NCBI RefSeq assembly: GCF_006345805.1
Contig: NW_021824840.1
Location: 20,240 to 84,239, forward strand
Source: Octopus sinensis
Taxonomy: Eukaryota
Direction: 5' to 3'
Length of the DNA: 64,000 nucleotides
The translations under genes were made by a program, and so were the position numbers. Below, piece by piece: positions 11,881-24,525 of the stretch. Numbering within the stretch: position 1 is the first letter of the stretch; every line of letters begins with the position of its first letter. Under the pieces are notes generated by a model, which did no database searches, had not been told where the DNA came from, and saw only the letters and a list, made by a program, of their open reading frames with translations.

Positions 11881-12377
11881 CATATCATAAGTCACAGGTT
11901 TAGTTATGTATGTATACGTGTGTGTGCGTACGTGTGTCTTTGAGTGAACGTGTGTGTGTGTATGTGTGTGTGTGTGTGTGTAAGGAAGATTTATCCAAAT
12001 ATTTATCAATGAAAACAGCTTACGGCATCCAACGCATTTTATGATACTTATTTCTAGTATACAATAATGTATGTAATTATTTCTTTTTTACTCATAATAT
12101 CTCTCCTCCCAGCAACACCACAACCGACGTGTTTATCCACGCCTGTGTATGCGACTAACCAATAACATATCGGAAATATATACAACTCTATGGTAACCTG
12201 TCAAGCGCTAATGTATGTCTCTTAAACCAGTCAAGTTAATGTATGCCTACATAGTAGCAGTTGCAACAGTAGTTGAATATTTAGGAATATTTTAACCTTG
12301 AGTCCTTTTACACGTAAACACAGCGTAGCTTGTTGCGCACAGTAAAACCGAATTAAACCTAATATTATACTCTCTCT

Positions 12378-12785
12378 CTTTTACTCTTTTACTTGTTTCA
12401 GTCATTTGACTGCGGCCATGCTGGAGCACCGCCTTTAGTCGAGCAAATCGACCCAGGGACTTATTCTTTGTAAGCCCAGTACTTATTCTATCGGTCTCTT
12501 TTGCCAAACCGCTAAGTGACCGGGACGTAAACACACCAGCATCGGTTGTCAAGCAATGCTAGGGGGACAAACACACACACACAAACATATACACACACAC
12601 TTATATATATATACATATATATATACGACAGGCTTCTTTCAGTTTCCGTCTACCAAATCCACTCACAAGGCATTGGTCGGCCCGGGGCTATAGCAGAAGA
12701 CACTTGCCCAAGATGCCACGGGACTGAACCTGGAGCCATGTGGTTGGTTAGCAAGCTACTTACCACACAGCCACTCCTGCGCCTA
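12378..12785 (-). mobile_element. Family A SINE, full length
   Basis: Reverse complement of the 3104-3500 element. Confidence 0.9.
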
Positions 12786-13647
12786 TTATATTGCCTTGTT
12801 GTTGAAGCTAATGTAGTTGTTGTTGTTGTTGTTATTTAGCTTCAGCCATAAGCGATGAGAATTTATGATCAGAGACATTCCAGTAGAGACCATCTCAACA
12901 TATTTGCTCAAGCATAGTGTATTTAGGAGTGCATTATCTAACGAGTCCTTCCTTTCTAAGGCTGTAGCGTGTGATAAGAGCGATATTTGGCGACTAATTT
13001 CTAGCAATTTCAGCGACCACGTAGAGGCTCTCTCCTTTGAATATTTGAATGTTGCTGCTGCTGCTGTTATTGTTGTTTATGCTGTTGTTGTTGTTGTTGT
13101 TGTTGTTTAGCAGTTGTTTAACTTCGATCTATCAGATATATTATCAAACATATTCCAGCCGTGACTATTCCGTCGGACATTTTTGTATGTTTTTCTTTCT
13201 TCATAATTGTTATTGCTGTTTCTGTATAGAGTATCTCATCTTTTTATTTTCTTTTTCTTTTTTTGACTTGAAGAGTTTTACTCGAACAAACTGACCACAA
13301 TATTTATTTTTTTAAAGTTTGGTTCTTATTCCATCGGTTTCATTTATCGAACCGCTAATTTACCGGGACTTAGACAAACCAACGTTGTCTGTCAAGCTGT
13401 GCAGTGGTGAGAACAAACACAAAGACACACACACACAAACATATACATGTCACAGACTTCCACACAGTTTCCATGAGCCAAATCCACTCACAAGGTAATG
13501 GTCTATTATAGAAGACACTAACCCAAAGTGCTACGCAGTGGGACTGAAACAGAATTCGCGTGGTTGCAAAGCGAGCTTCTGCCGGCGTCTACTTTATGTT
13601 CACTTGTTTTAAGTTTTTATGGTGAGAAATGAGGGAGAATTCAAGAT

Positions 13648-14011
13648 AGGAGTGGCTGTGTGGTAAGTAGCTTGCTTACCAACCACATGGTTCCGGTTTT
13701 AGTCCCACCGCGTGGCACCTTGGGCAAGTGTCTTCTACTATAGCCTCGAGCCGACCAAAGCCTTGTAAGTGGATTTGGTGGACGGAAACTGTCTATATAT
13801 ATGTATATGTATATGTATATATAATAAGGACAATAATAAATTTGACGTGAATAACGAATATATAGTGCGTGTGTTTATTTGGAAACAAAATGACCGTCCC
13901 GAAATATAACAATACCAAAAAAATGTTATTATATTTATTAATTCTATATTTTAAAAAATTTATTAAACTTGATATATAATATAGATATAACTATATATAT
14001 ATATATATATA

Positions 14012-14045
<34 letters not shown>

Positions 14046-14295
14046 GTGTGTGTGGTGTGTGTGTGTGTGTATGTTTGTGTGTCTGTTTGTCACACACACC
14101 CCCAACATCGCTTAACAATCGATGCTGGTGTGTTTACGCCCCTGTAACTTAGCGGTTGGGCAAAAGAGACCGATAGAATAAGTACAAGGCTTACAAAGAA
14201 TAAGTCCTGGGGGTCGATTTGCTCGACTAAAGGCGGTGCTCCAGCATGGCCACAGTCAAGCAAATCGACTGAAACAATTAAAAGAGTAAAAGAGT
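13648..14295 (+). mobile_element. Family A SINE split by microsatellites and a 92-bp repeat fragment
   Basis: 5' half 13648-13790, 3' half 14075-14295; intervening 13823-13914 matches 15609-15700 inverted. Confidence 0.7.
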
Positions 14296-14647
14296 ATCGT
14301 ATCTGACAGGTTGACTGACCTTGCAGAATCAAAGTTGCATAAATATTTCGCTCATTGCTCTGCCATTTCCGTCCTTGTGGAGATGCGTAGCTTAGTGCTT
14401 AGGGCATTGGACTCACAATCGTAAGCTTGTGGCTTAGACTTCTGAACCGGGTCATGCATTGTGTTCTTGAGCAAAACATTTCATTTCACATTGCTGCAGT
14501 CCACTCAGCTGGCAAAAATTAGTAATCCTGTAACGTGCTGTCCAATTGGAGAATACATATATACACCATGAAACAAGAAAACCGGCTCTTATGAGTCGGT
14601 ATGACTCGAGAAGGTAACTTTACCTTTACCTTACCATTTCCGTTCAT

Positions 14648-15031
14648 GGAAGCACTCCGTCGGTTACGACGATGAGGGTTCCGGTTGATCCGAATCAACG
14701 GAACAGCCTGCTCGTGAAATTAACGTGTAAGTGGCTGAGCACTACACAGACACGTGTACCCTTAACGTAGTTCTCGGGGATATTCAGCGTGACACAGAGA
14801 GTGACAAGGCCGGCCCTTTGAAATACAGGTACAACAGAAACAGGAAGTAAGAGTGAGAGAAAGTTGTGGTGAAAGAGTACAGCAGGGATCACCACCATCC
14901 CCTGCCGGAGCCTCGTGGAGCTTTAGGTGTTTTCGCTCAATAAACACTCACAACGCCCGGTCTGGGAATCGAAACCGCGATCCTATGACCGCGAGTCCGC
15001 TTCCCTAACCACTGGGCCATTGCGCCTCCAT
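14648..15031 (-). mobile_element. Family B SINE with 12-bp TSD
   Basis: TSD atttccgttcat at 14636-14647 and 15032-15043. Confidence 0.95.
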
Positions 15032-15608
15032 ATTTCCGTTCATAAGACAATATTGTTTCTATTATCAGGGCATAAAAGTGTGGCATTAGCGTCTAAACAG
15101 CTACTTATTTAGTGATGTTTCATTTCGACTTCAGATTTCTCTAAATTCAACGTACATGATTCTGATGATGGATAAAATAAATTCTGTCCTTTTTATAATG
15201 GTGCTAATTTCTGACATCACCACAAAATTTAAGCATTTAGATGGAATGTACAAACACAATTAAATCTCGACGAATATATGACTAATAACGTTATTTTTAT
15301 GACACTGAAATGGCGAAATGTCTAGCCTAACTTAAAAAGAAATTTATCGACCTTAGAACAATTCAAACGCGGTAAGTGAACATCACAAGTCAATTACTGC
15401 GACATACTACCATTTACACACTCACACACAAACAAACAAACACATATATACACACAAACACACACGCATTTCAAATGTCCTGAAGAAAGGGTTATAGCCC
15501 CGAAATATAGAGCTGTAAGGTAAAACTACGACAGTGTTTGATGCTGTATCGAGTCTTAAATAATTTTTTTTTAATTATAGAAATTATAAATATATAACAT
15601 TTTATTTC

Positions 15609-15781
15609 TATTGTTATATTTCGGGACGGTCATTTTGTTTCCAAATAAACACACGCACTATATATTCGTTATTCACGTCAAATTTATGATTGCCCTTATT
15701 TTTGGTCCTGAAGTAAAGAACGAATATATAATGCGTGTGTTTATTTGGAAAAATAAATGACCCACCCGAAACATAACAATA
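15609..15781. repeat. Imperfect inverted repeat (62-bp arms, 48-bp loop)
   Basis: 15609-15670 vs reverse complement of 15719-15781; related sequence also at 1-148 and 13823-13914. Confidence 0.8.
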
Positions 15782-15842
15782 TCTCTTTCAACATACGATT
15801 TCACATCAGGAATCTTGCAAAACAAATATATAAACGTAATAT

Positions 15843-16326
<484 letters not shown>

Positions 16327-16990
16327 TTTTTTTCTTCTGAATGAGAAAATCATCCGATTTTAAGTATTTGAAACGTTCAAGATTGTCTCCCTTACTTGCT
16401 TGGCTAAATCAAAATAACTCCTATTTTTCCATGGTCACTCAATTAAGCCAACCGTTGTTATTTCTGATGTTGGAAACTCTGAAAATAATCAAACTCACCT
16501 TTTTTTTTTACATAAATATGCGGTCACAGCCCCTTTATAATTAAAATCTCAAAATATATTTGACCTGACACTTTACTATTTTTCCATGTTCCCAATTTAG
16601 TATGTTCCTGTTTTTTGCTCTTTTTGATGGGATGTCATAGTTGTAATATAATATCGATATTAATTGCGTAATAAGCGTTTCTAAATTTATCACGAAACCA
16701 CAAACAAATTTGTGGTCAAAAAAAAAAAGAGTCACTAGATTGAGTCGACTCCTTCCACACTACACAGACGATATATATTTTTGTTGTTGTGGGAGTCGGA
16801 GAAATGAAGGACAAAGGCTACACCAACAAATCTGAACTTAAATGGACATACTTGAACAACCTTTCCGCCTCCCGCAACCACTGTAATTATATAATAAATA
16901 CTAGCTGAGATACAAGGTCACAAATCACGAGAGAGATTTACAACCGATTATAGTAACTCCATCCCTGCGCCCATCCATCTTCTCCGCCCA

Positions 16991-17720
16991 CTATTCCTGA
17001 GAGGGTTGTAGGGGTAAAGTCCTCAGGTACCTCCTCCATAGGATCCTATCAGAAGCAAGCGTCATTACGCATTCTAGCTGGATTCCCATGCGTGACTAAC
17101 TGAGATTATGGATAGTATCCAGTCATCTCGCTTAGGGTCTACCATTAAGTTTCCGGCCAGTTAGCTCGGCTTGAAGAATCCATTCTTTCCTGCGACATTT
17201 TAATCACATGTCCGTAGTACTGGAGCCGAACCCTTTCAAAGCAAAAATGTAGCGGCTCCACCTGAAGAAACTCCCTGATTTCTGAGCCAACCACCCTGTC
17301 GAATAACGTTACTCCAGATTTCCTTCGTCAGAGTGTTGGATAGAATGCCTCGCAGTGTTCTTTTCCATCTCCCTGCACTCTGAGTTTTAAAAATCCTGAG
17401 AATATCAACTTTGCCTGTCGTCCTTTTGGACCAATCCAGGGCGGTGAATTGACGGCACTGTTACAGGGTCGGGTGATATGCTTTACGGTATCTGCTGCGA
17501 TCTTTTGCGATGTGACCACAACTTTTAGGGCGACAATGGTACCAAGCTGTATCGGCTCTGATCGGCAGCCTTTTCTCTCGGATAAACATCGATGGCGTGG
17601 AGAGGAAAGACATGTAAACACAGGCAGCTGTTACCCTTCCTGAAAATAAATTTGCCTTGCACATGCATGTAAAAATACAAGATCAACATTGACCGATATA
17701 GGACCTGAATACCACCCCTA
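16991..17720 (-). pseudogene. RTE-clade LINE, decayed ORF C-terminal region
   Basis: Manual translation SEIREFLQVEPLHFCFERVRLQYYGHVIKMSQERM..ILQAELTGRKLNGRP*AR*LDTI..LASDRILWRR matches the RTE C-terminal pattern LRWxGHVxRM...GRPxxRWxD...AxDRxxWR. Confidence 0.85.
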
Positions 17721-18570
17721 GTACATCTATCCTCGTTTATCAAGAGTGGACGGTGTCCAAAAAGACACAGTGATAAATGAATCAGTGATAAATGAATCAT
17801 CTTCACGCACTCTACAAAGTGCCAAATTCATTTTGCAAATTGCCACGTACTTTGCAAATTGCGACCTTCATCGAGATTTGAACTCAGAGCTTAAGGCACG
17901 TAACTTCTGCAACTTAGTACAGCTAACGGTCTGCCAATTCGGCGCTCACCACACATTGTTTGTTAGTTATACAATAAAGCCATTAAAAAAAAAGTACATA
18001 GGAAATATACAGAGAAACTGTTCAGGACAAGTGTAACCCCCATCACAATGCTGTGTTACAAATTGGTGTATTCACTATTATAATACTTAAAAAGAATGAA
18101 GTGGCTATTTAAAATGTAAGGCATCATATAACTTGTATAAGTTGGCACGTGTGCTTTCTCTTTCTATTTCTCTCTCTCTCTCTCTTTCTTCCTATATATA
18201 TACTTAAATACGCACACATATAAATATGCATAAACCTAAGTATGTATTTCTGTATGTATGAATGAATGAATGCATTTGTACAAAAGATTAACAGAGGAGA
18301 CGCTTTACATTCTTTTCAGACTGTATATACATACACTTGTATACTTGTGGTGCTGCTTGGTATAATGAGCCACACGTTTCTTCCTTTTAATTAATTAGAA
18401 TTATATACAGTGAATAAAATATTCATTAGCTTTAATGATTAAATCTTGTTGAAAAAGCAAGATAGCTGAGAAGAAAGACTGAAAAAGAGGGGGGAAAGCA
18501 CACAAAAGCTGAACAGAGTTACCAAATGGTCTCGAACAACTAGAAATGACACCAGGACACCAGGACACCA

Positions 18571-19173
18571 GGGCGGCAAGCTGGCAGAAACGTTAGCACG
18601 CCGGGCGAAATGCTTGCCGGTATTTTGTCTGCCGTTACGTTCTGAGTTCAAATTCCGCCGAGGTCGTCTTTGCCTTTCATCTTTTCAGGGTCGATGAATT
18701 AAGTACCAGTTACGCACTGGGGTCGATATACTCGACTTAATCCGTTTGTCTGTCCTTGTTTGTCTTCTCTGTGTTTAGCCCCTTGTGGGTAGTAAAGAAA
18801 TAGGTATTTCGTCAGCTGTTACGTTCTGAGTTCAAATTCCGCCGAGGTCGACTTTGCCTTTCATCCTTTCGGGTTGATAAAAACAGTACCAGTTACGCAC
18901 TGGGGTCGATATATATACTCGACTTAATCCGTTTGTCTGTCCTTGTTTGTCTTCTCTGTGTTTAGCCCCTTGTGGGTAATAAAGAAATAGGTATTTCGTC
19001 AGCTGTTACGTTCTGAGTTCAAATTCCGCCAAGGTCGACTTTGCCTTTCATCCTTTCGGAGTCGATTAAATCAGTGGCAGTTACGCACTGGGGTCGATAT
19101 AATCGACTTAATCCGTTTGTCTGTCCTTGTTTGTTCCTTCTATGTTTAGTCCCTTGTGGGCAATAAAGAAATA
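18571..19173 (+). mobile_element. Family C SINE trimer (one head, three ~185-bp bodies) within a single 19-bp TSD
   Basis: Units restart at ggtatt(t/c) 18619, 18803, 18990; TSD agaaatgacaccaggacac at 18542-18560 and 19174-19192. Confidence 0.9.
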
Positions 19174-19194
19174 AGAAATGACACCAGGACACTG

Positions 19195-19450
19195 TATCGC
19201 GAGATTTAACTGGTTCCAGGGGTAACACAAGTTTGCAGTGAATGATAAAAATGGGACGATCTTTCTGTCAGAATAAGAAGAGAATGGGCGCTGGGCGGAA
19301 CACTTTAAGCTTGAACCATCTAATATCCTCACGGTAGCCGACCAAATGGCAGAACAATTTAAAGTTATAAGAGCACCCATTAGTGAAGATGAAGTCATCC
19401 AGGGTCTCAGAAAAAATGATAAATGACCTGAAGCTCACTGCATTGGTTAC
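19195..19450 (+). pseudogene. RTE-like LINE fragment just upstream of the RT domain
   Basis: VNDKNGTIFLSE*EENGRWAEHFK...APISEDEVIQGLRKNDK*P resembles VKDKNG..RWxEHF..P.T..EV..AI..LKNGKAPG. Confidence 0.7.
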
Positions 19451-19476
19451 TTTAACCACCTCTTAGCTATATGTCT

Positions 19477-19863
19477 GTGGAGGCGCAATGGCCCAGTGGT
19501 TAGGGCAGCGGACTCGCGGTCGTAGGATCGCGGTTTCGATTCCCAGACCGGGCGTTGTGAGTGTTTATTGAGCGAAAACATCTAAAGCTCCACGAGGCTC
19601 AGGCAGGGATGGTGGTGATCCCTGCTGTACTCTTTCACCACAACTTTCTCTCACTCTTACTTCTTGTTTCTGTTGTACCTGTATTTCAAGGGCCGGCTTT
19701 GTCACTCTCTGTGTCACGCTGAATATCCCCCGAGAACTACGTTAAGGGTACACGTGTCTGTGGAGTGCTCAGCCACGTACACGTTAATTTCACGAGCAGG
19801 CTGTTCCGTTGATCGGATCAACCGTAACCCTCATCGTCGTAACTGACGGAGTGCTTCCATCAA
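19477..19863 (+). mobile_element. Family B SINE with 10-bp TSD
   Basis: TSD ctatatgtct at 19467-19476 and 19864-19873. Confidence 0.95.
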
Positions 19864-20213
19864 CTATATGTCTCCATGCTAAAGGCAACTCATGCAAATT
19901 TCCCTGACCAGTATATGTGTGTGTCTGCCCGCGTGTGTGTGTATATGTGATGTTGAAAATGATAATTGCTTCTTTATTATTGTCTTCTTGTAGCGTTGAA
20001 TCATACAATCCATTCGTGTTCAGATGTTACAAAGTATGTAAAAAATAAATGTTAATGAACTAACAGAAAGATGAGAGGGATCAGAAACGTTATACATCAT
20101 GTAAAGACATATCAAAATGCTTAAAGTTACCCAAAATACATAATTTAAAAAGATATAATTTAAGGAAACAAAATACAGAAATAGATTATTCACACTCTTA
20201 TCTTATGCTCCAT

Positions 20214-20670
20214 CGACATATTTGTTGGTGGTGGTGTGACACCCTCTACTTCAAGCATTAGATATCATGGATGCTTGTAAAGGAAATTGACTCTTTGGGG
20301 TAGGCTCCATTTCTGATATCCTTGAAACTTCTTAGGATTCTCGATTTCACTCCCAAGGTTGATGCTCTTTCTCGCATGTTCTTGATATTTTTCTGGTTGA
20401 GTACTCAATATTTTTTCATTCTGAACTTCACCCTTCCCTGCGACATATTTGTTGGTGGTGGTGTGACACCCTCTACTTCAAGCACTAGATATCATGGATG
20501 CTTGTAAAGTAAATTGACTCTTTGGGGTAGGCTCAATTTCTGATATCTTTGAAACTTCTTAGGATTCTCGATTTCACTCCCAAGGTTGATGCTCTTTCTC
20601 GCGTGTTCTAGATATTTTTCTGGTTGAGTACACAATATCTTTTCATTCTGAACTTCATCCCTCCCTGCGA
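20214..20670. repeat. 227-bp tandem duplication
   Basis: cgacatatttgttggtggtgg.. starts at 20214 and 20441; copies about 95% identical by eye. Confidence 0.9.
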
Positions 20671-20818
20671 TAGTCTAAAAATCTTCTCTCTCCTGCATTC
20701 GCTACAGGAAGTAGGTTTCGACTTTGCTTCTGAAACCGAGGAAAAGGTTTTATTCTCTCTCTCTTTCTCTTTCTCTCTCTCTCTCTCTCTTGCTCTTTCT
20801 TTCCCTCTCCTTCTTTCC

Positions 20819-20862
<44 letters not shown>

Positions 20863-21587
20863 TTTTCCAACGCTTCTAAGGAAAAGTGTCTTAGACGAAT
20901 TTTGCTGCTGCATGTAAAACAACCGGGCCTTCTGCTTTGCAACTTCGGTTTTACTTCTTTTATCTTTATATCTATGACGGAGAACAACTCAAGAATGATC
21001 CTGTGGTTTCTGGGTTCATAATAACTTACAAGTCTATACTGAAACCCCGATCACATGCACTTTTCATCACCTCTATACATACCATCCAACCATATTACAC
21101 CACGAAAATAACAATGGCCAATACCACTGTCAATACCACTTATTGTCACCTTTATATTATGCTGGCTTTGTACAGAGATACAAGACTAGGTTGTTGTGTT
21201 TCACACCATCTTCACTTGACGCATCGCCTCCGACTTATTTTCGCGGACCAGGCAACTACCAGCACGTCTTGACTCGGTCATTTGACAGTACAATGACCCA
21301 CGCATCAGCTTGGTCTTCCTTCCTTGAATTTGTTCTTTGATGGATACACAGAAAGTTCCATCTCTCTTTTTAAGACAGAAGAACGTTACATTTCTCCTTG
21401 TTCGCTCTCGGATAAATATTTGGACAAGGAGACGTAGTCTTTTATAATACACTGATGCTTATACTTCTGTTGAAATGAACTCGTTCCATGTCTCCAGCGT
21501 TGTCTGTAATTGCTGTCAAACTTCATCCGTTTCAGAATCTCACACGGCAACATACGTGTTGGCGTATAAGTGTTGCTGATGAAACAG

Positions 21588-21661
21588 TTGTAGTAGTAGT
21601 ACTAGTAGTAGTAGTAGTAGTAGTAGTGTAGTAGTAGTAGTTGTTGTTGTTGTTGTTGATG

Positions 21662-21693
<32 letters not shown>

Positions 21694-22039
21694 GGGGTTG
21701 TTGTTGTTGGTGGTGGTGGTAGTAGTAGTAGTAGTAGTGGAGTTGTTGTTGGTGGTGGTAGTAGTGGTGGTAGTAGTGGTGGTAGTAGTAGTAGTCGTAG
21801 TAGTGTAGTTGTTGTTGTTGTTGTTGGTAGTGGTGGTGGTGGTAGTAGTGGTAGTAGTAGTAGTAGTAGTAGTAGTTGTAGTAGTGGAGTTGTTGTTGGT
21901 AGTAGTGGTGGTAGTAGTAGTAGTCGTAGTAGTGTAGTTGTTGTTGTTGGTGGTGGTGGTGGTGGTGGTGGTGGTGGTAGTAGTGGTAGTAGTAGTAGTA
22001 GTGGAGTTGTTGTTGTTGTTATTGTTGTTGTTGTTGTTG

Positions 22040-22076
<37 letters not shown>

Positions 22077-22090
22077 CAGCAGCAGTAGTA
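21588..22090. repeat. Compound (GTA/GTT/GTG)n trinucleotide array
   Basis: Direct reading; gives the 191-aa poly-Thr/Asn pseudo-ORF. Confidence 0.95.
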
Positions 22091-22336
22091 TAGATGTTGT
22101 TAAACAAGTCTCGCTGAAACTATTCTATGAGTTATTGATTAATTAGAGAAGTTTACTTATATCTTCCCTTCAAATTGCGTATCCTACAGCAAAACAACCT
22201 CGCTCGTACTCTCTTTCCACCCCCCCCCCTCTTGTTTACCATCTTCAGAAACCTGTTTTCTATCATTCGAAATTATAAAGATATTGGGTCGTCGAGGAAG
22301 CCTTTTTTTTCTTTTTCTTTTTCTTTTTTTTTTTCA

Positions 22337-22775
22337 TCTTTCTCTATATAAACGGCAGTTTGTTTGTCTGTGTGTCTGTGTGTCTGTCAGGTTGTACCCT
22401 CACCCTGACCACGGCTTTCAACCGATTCTGATGAAACTTGACACACACATAGCCCAATGTCATAATTCAAAACTAACGCAGTGAAAATTTTGAAAAGTTC
22501 CCCCAGTTCTGAAAAAAATAGATAAATTCGACATGGGGTCGAGAATCTAAGCTTTTTATATGCAACATATTTTCTGTCTAGGGGACACAACTCGACCTTT
22601 TTATCGCCCAAAGGGACAACTAGGAACATCGTATACACAGAAGTATTCGAGTGAAGAGAAGACATTGCAACCTACACATGCGCCTTCGTTCCCTAGAGGG
22701 AAAGGACTAGATTGGGATTAGTCGTTGCCTACTAGGGCTCTTACATACCCGGGCAACGCCGGGCTATGCTGCTAG
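22337..22775 (+). mobile_element. Non-autonomous Helitron
   Basis: A|TCTTTCTCTATATAAAC start, hairpin cccgggcaacgccggg, CTAG|T end. Confidence 0.9.
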
Positions 22776-23105
22776 TTTTTTTATAAATGTAGAATATATT
22801 TTCTTCAAAAACAAATTTGATAGGATTTTTAATAAACTAAGAGCAAAGCATGCGTGTTCACGCATGCAAAGTTAATGATTTGGATAATGTAGTCCTGGAT
22901 ATATTATGGATGAAAACCAAGACAGAATAGTTAAAGCTAGGGTACCTTTGAAAATATGCCTGCTAATGGGGAAGTACGGGCTAAACAACAATAACTACTA
23001 CTACCACTTCTACTACTACTACTACTACTACTACTACAATAATAATAATTATCATTATTATCATTATTATTATGCCCATGCTAGCATGGAGAACGGACGT
23101 TAAAC

Positions 23106-23136
<31 letters not shown>

Positions 23137-23169
23137 TTTCAGATTTTGGCACAAGGTCTGCAAGTTCGG

Positions 23170-23560
23170 TGGAGGGAGTAAATCGATTACATCGAACTCA
23201 GTACTTGACTGATACTTATTCTATCGACCCGAGAAGGATGTAAGGCAAAGTCAATCTCGGTGGAATTTGAACTCAGAACGTAAGGACGGACGAAAAGCCG
23301 TTAAGTATTTTGCCCGGCATGCTAACAATTCTACCAGCTCGCCACCTTAATGACAATAATAATCCTTTCTACTATAGGCACAAGGCCTGAAATTGGTGAG
23401 GGAGGGGTTAAATCTATTACATTAACCCCTAGTGCTCAAATGGTGCTTATTTTATCGACTCCAAAAGGAGGAAAGGCAAATTCGACCTCGGCAGAATTTG
23501 AACTCAGAACATAGCGACGGGCGATTTCGTCCACCGTACTAACAACTCTGCAATAATAAT
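23170..23560 (-). mobile_element. Two decayed family C SINEs
   Basis: aaggcaaagtc..ttgaactcagaac motifs at about 23245 and 23475. Confidence 0.7.
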
Positions 23561-23762
23561 AATAATGAGGGAGAGGAGAAGGAGGAGGACGAAGAGGAGG
23601 AGGGGAGAGGAAGAGGAGGAGATGATGATGTAAGTGCAGGTGCAAGCCATTGATGCTCACCTGCATATACTCCGGAAATCTAACATTAATTATTATTTCT
23701 TTTGTTTTTTAGTTCAACTTCTTGATACTCTATTTTTTACAAACACTGAACACATACACACA

Positions 23763-23814
<52 letters not shown>

Positions 23815-24279
23815 CCCACCTAGTTCCTTGATGTAATCAAATCGGTTTCCTTAAGTGGGTAACAGGGAACATTATTTTGTTTTTTATGAACTGACCAACC
23901 GGAAATTGTAAAGAGAGGTACGCACGCACACATAATCGCGCGTGTTTGTATGTGTGTGAGTGTGTGTACACGCGCGCGCGTATGTGTTTGTGCGCATTAA
24001 TATATATATATATACACATATATATTGCACATGAATATATATATATACACATATATATATATACGTATTCGTATGTATGTGAATGTATATATACATGCAT
24101 ATATATGTGCATGCATACATGCATATATATGTATATATGTCTGTCTGTATGCATGCGTGTGTGTATGTATATATGTGTATTTAGTAAGTATCTATCTGTC
24201 TATGCAAGTACTTGAGAATATACTCACATACATGCATTCATAAATTTATATATATTTACAAGCGTGTATACACACATAT

Positions 24280-24525
24280 AAATGTATGTATTTGTGTATG
24301 TATGTATGTGTGTATGTGTGTATGTATGCATGTATGTATGTATGTATGCATGTATGTATGTATGTATGCATGCATGTATGTATGCATGTATGTATGTATG
24401 TATGTATGTATGTATGTATGTATGTATGTATGTATGTATGTATGCATGTATGTATGTATGCAGGTATGCATGTATGTATGTATGTATGTATGTATGTATG
24501 TATGTATGTATGTATGTATGTATAT
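24280..24525. repeat. (TATG)n microsatellite
   Basis: Direct reading. Confidence 0.95.

Noticed and set aside
15480-15515. CTGAAGA-aagggttatagcccc-GAAA-tatagag
   Set aside because: Stem II is plausible but there is no NUH/stem III or stem I; at best a very decayed relic.
18571-19173. Regularly spaced repeats as a CRISPR-like array
   Set aside because: Whole ~185-bp units repeat with no unique spacers; eukaryotic SINE multimer.
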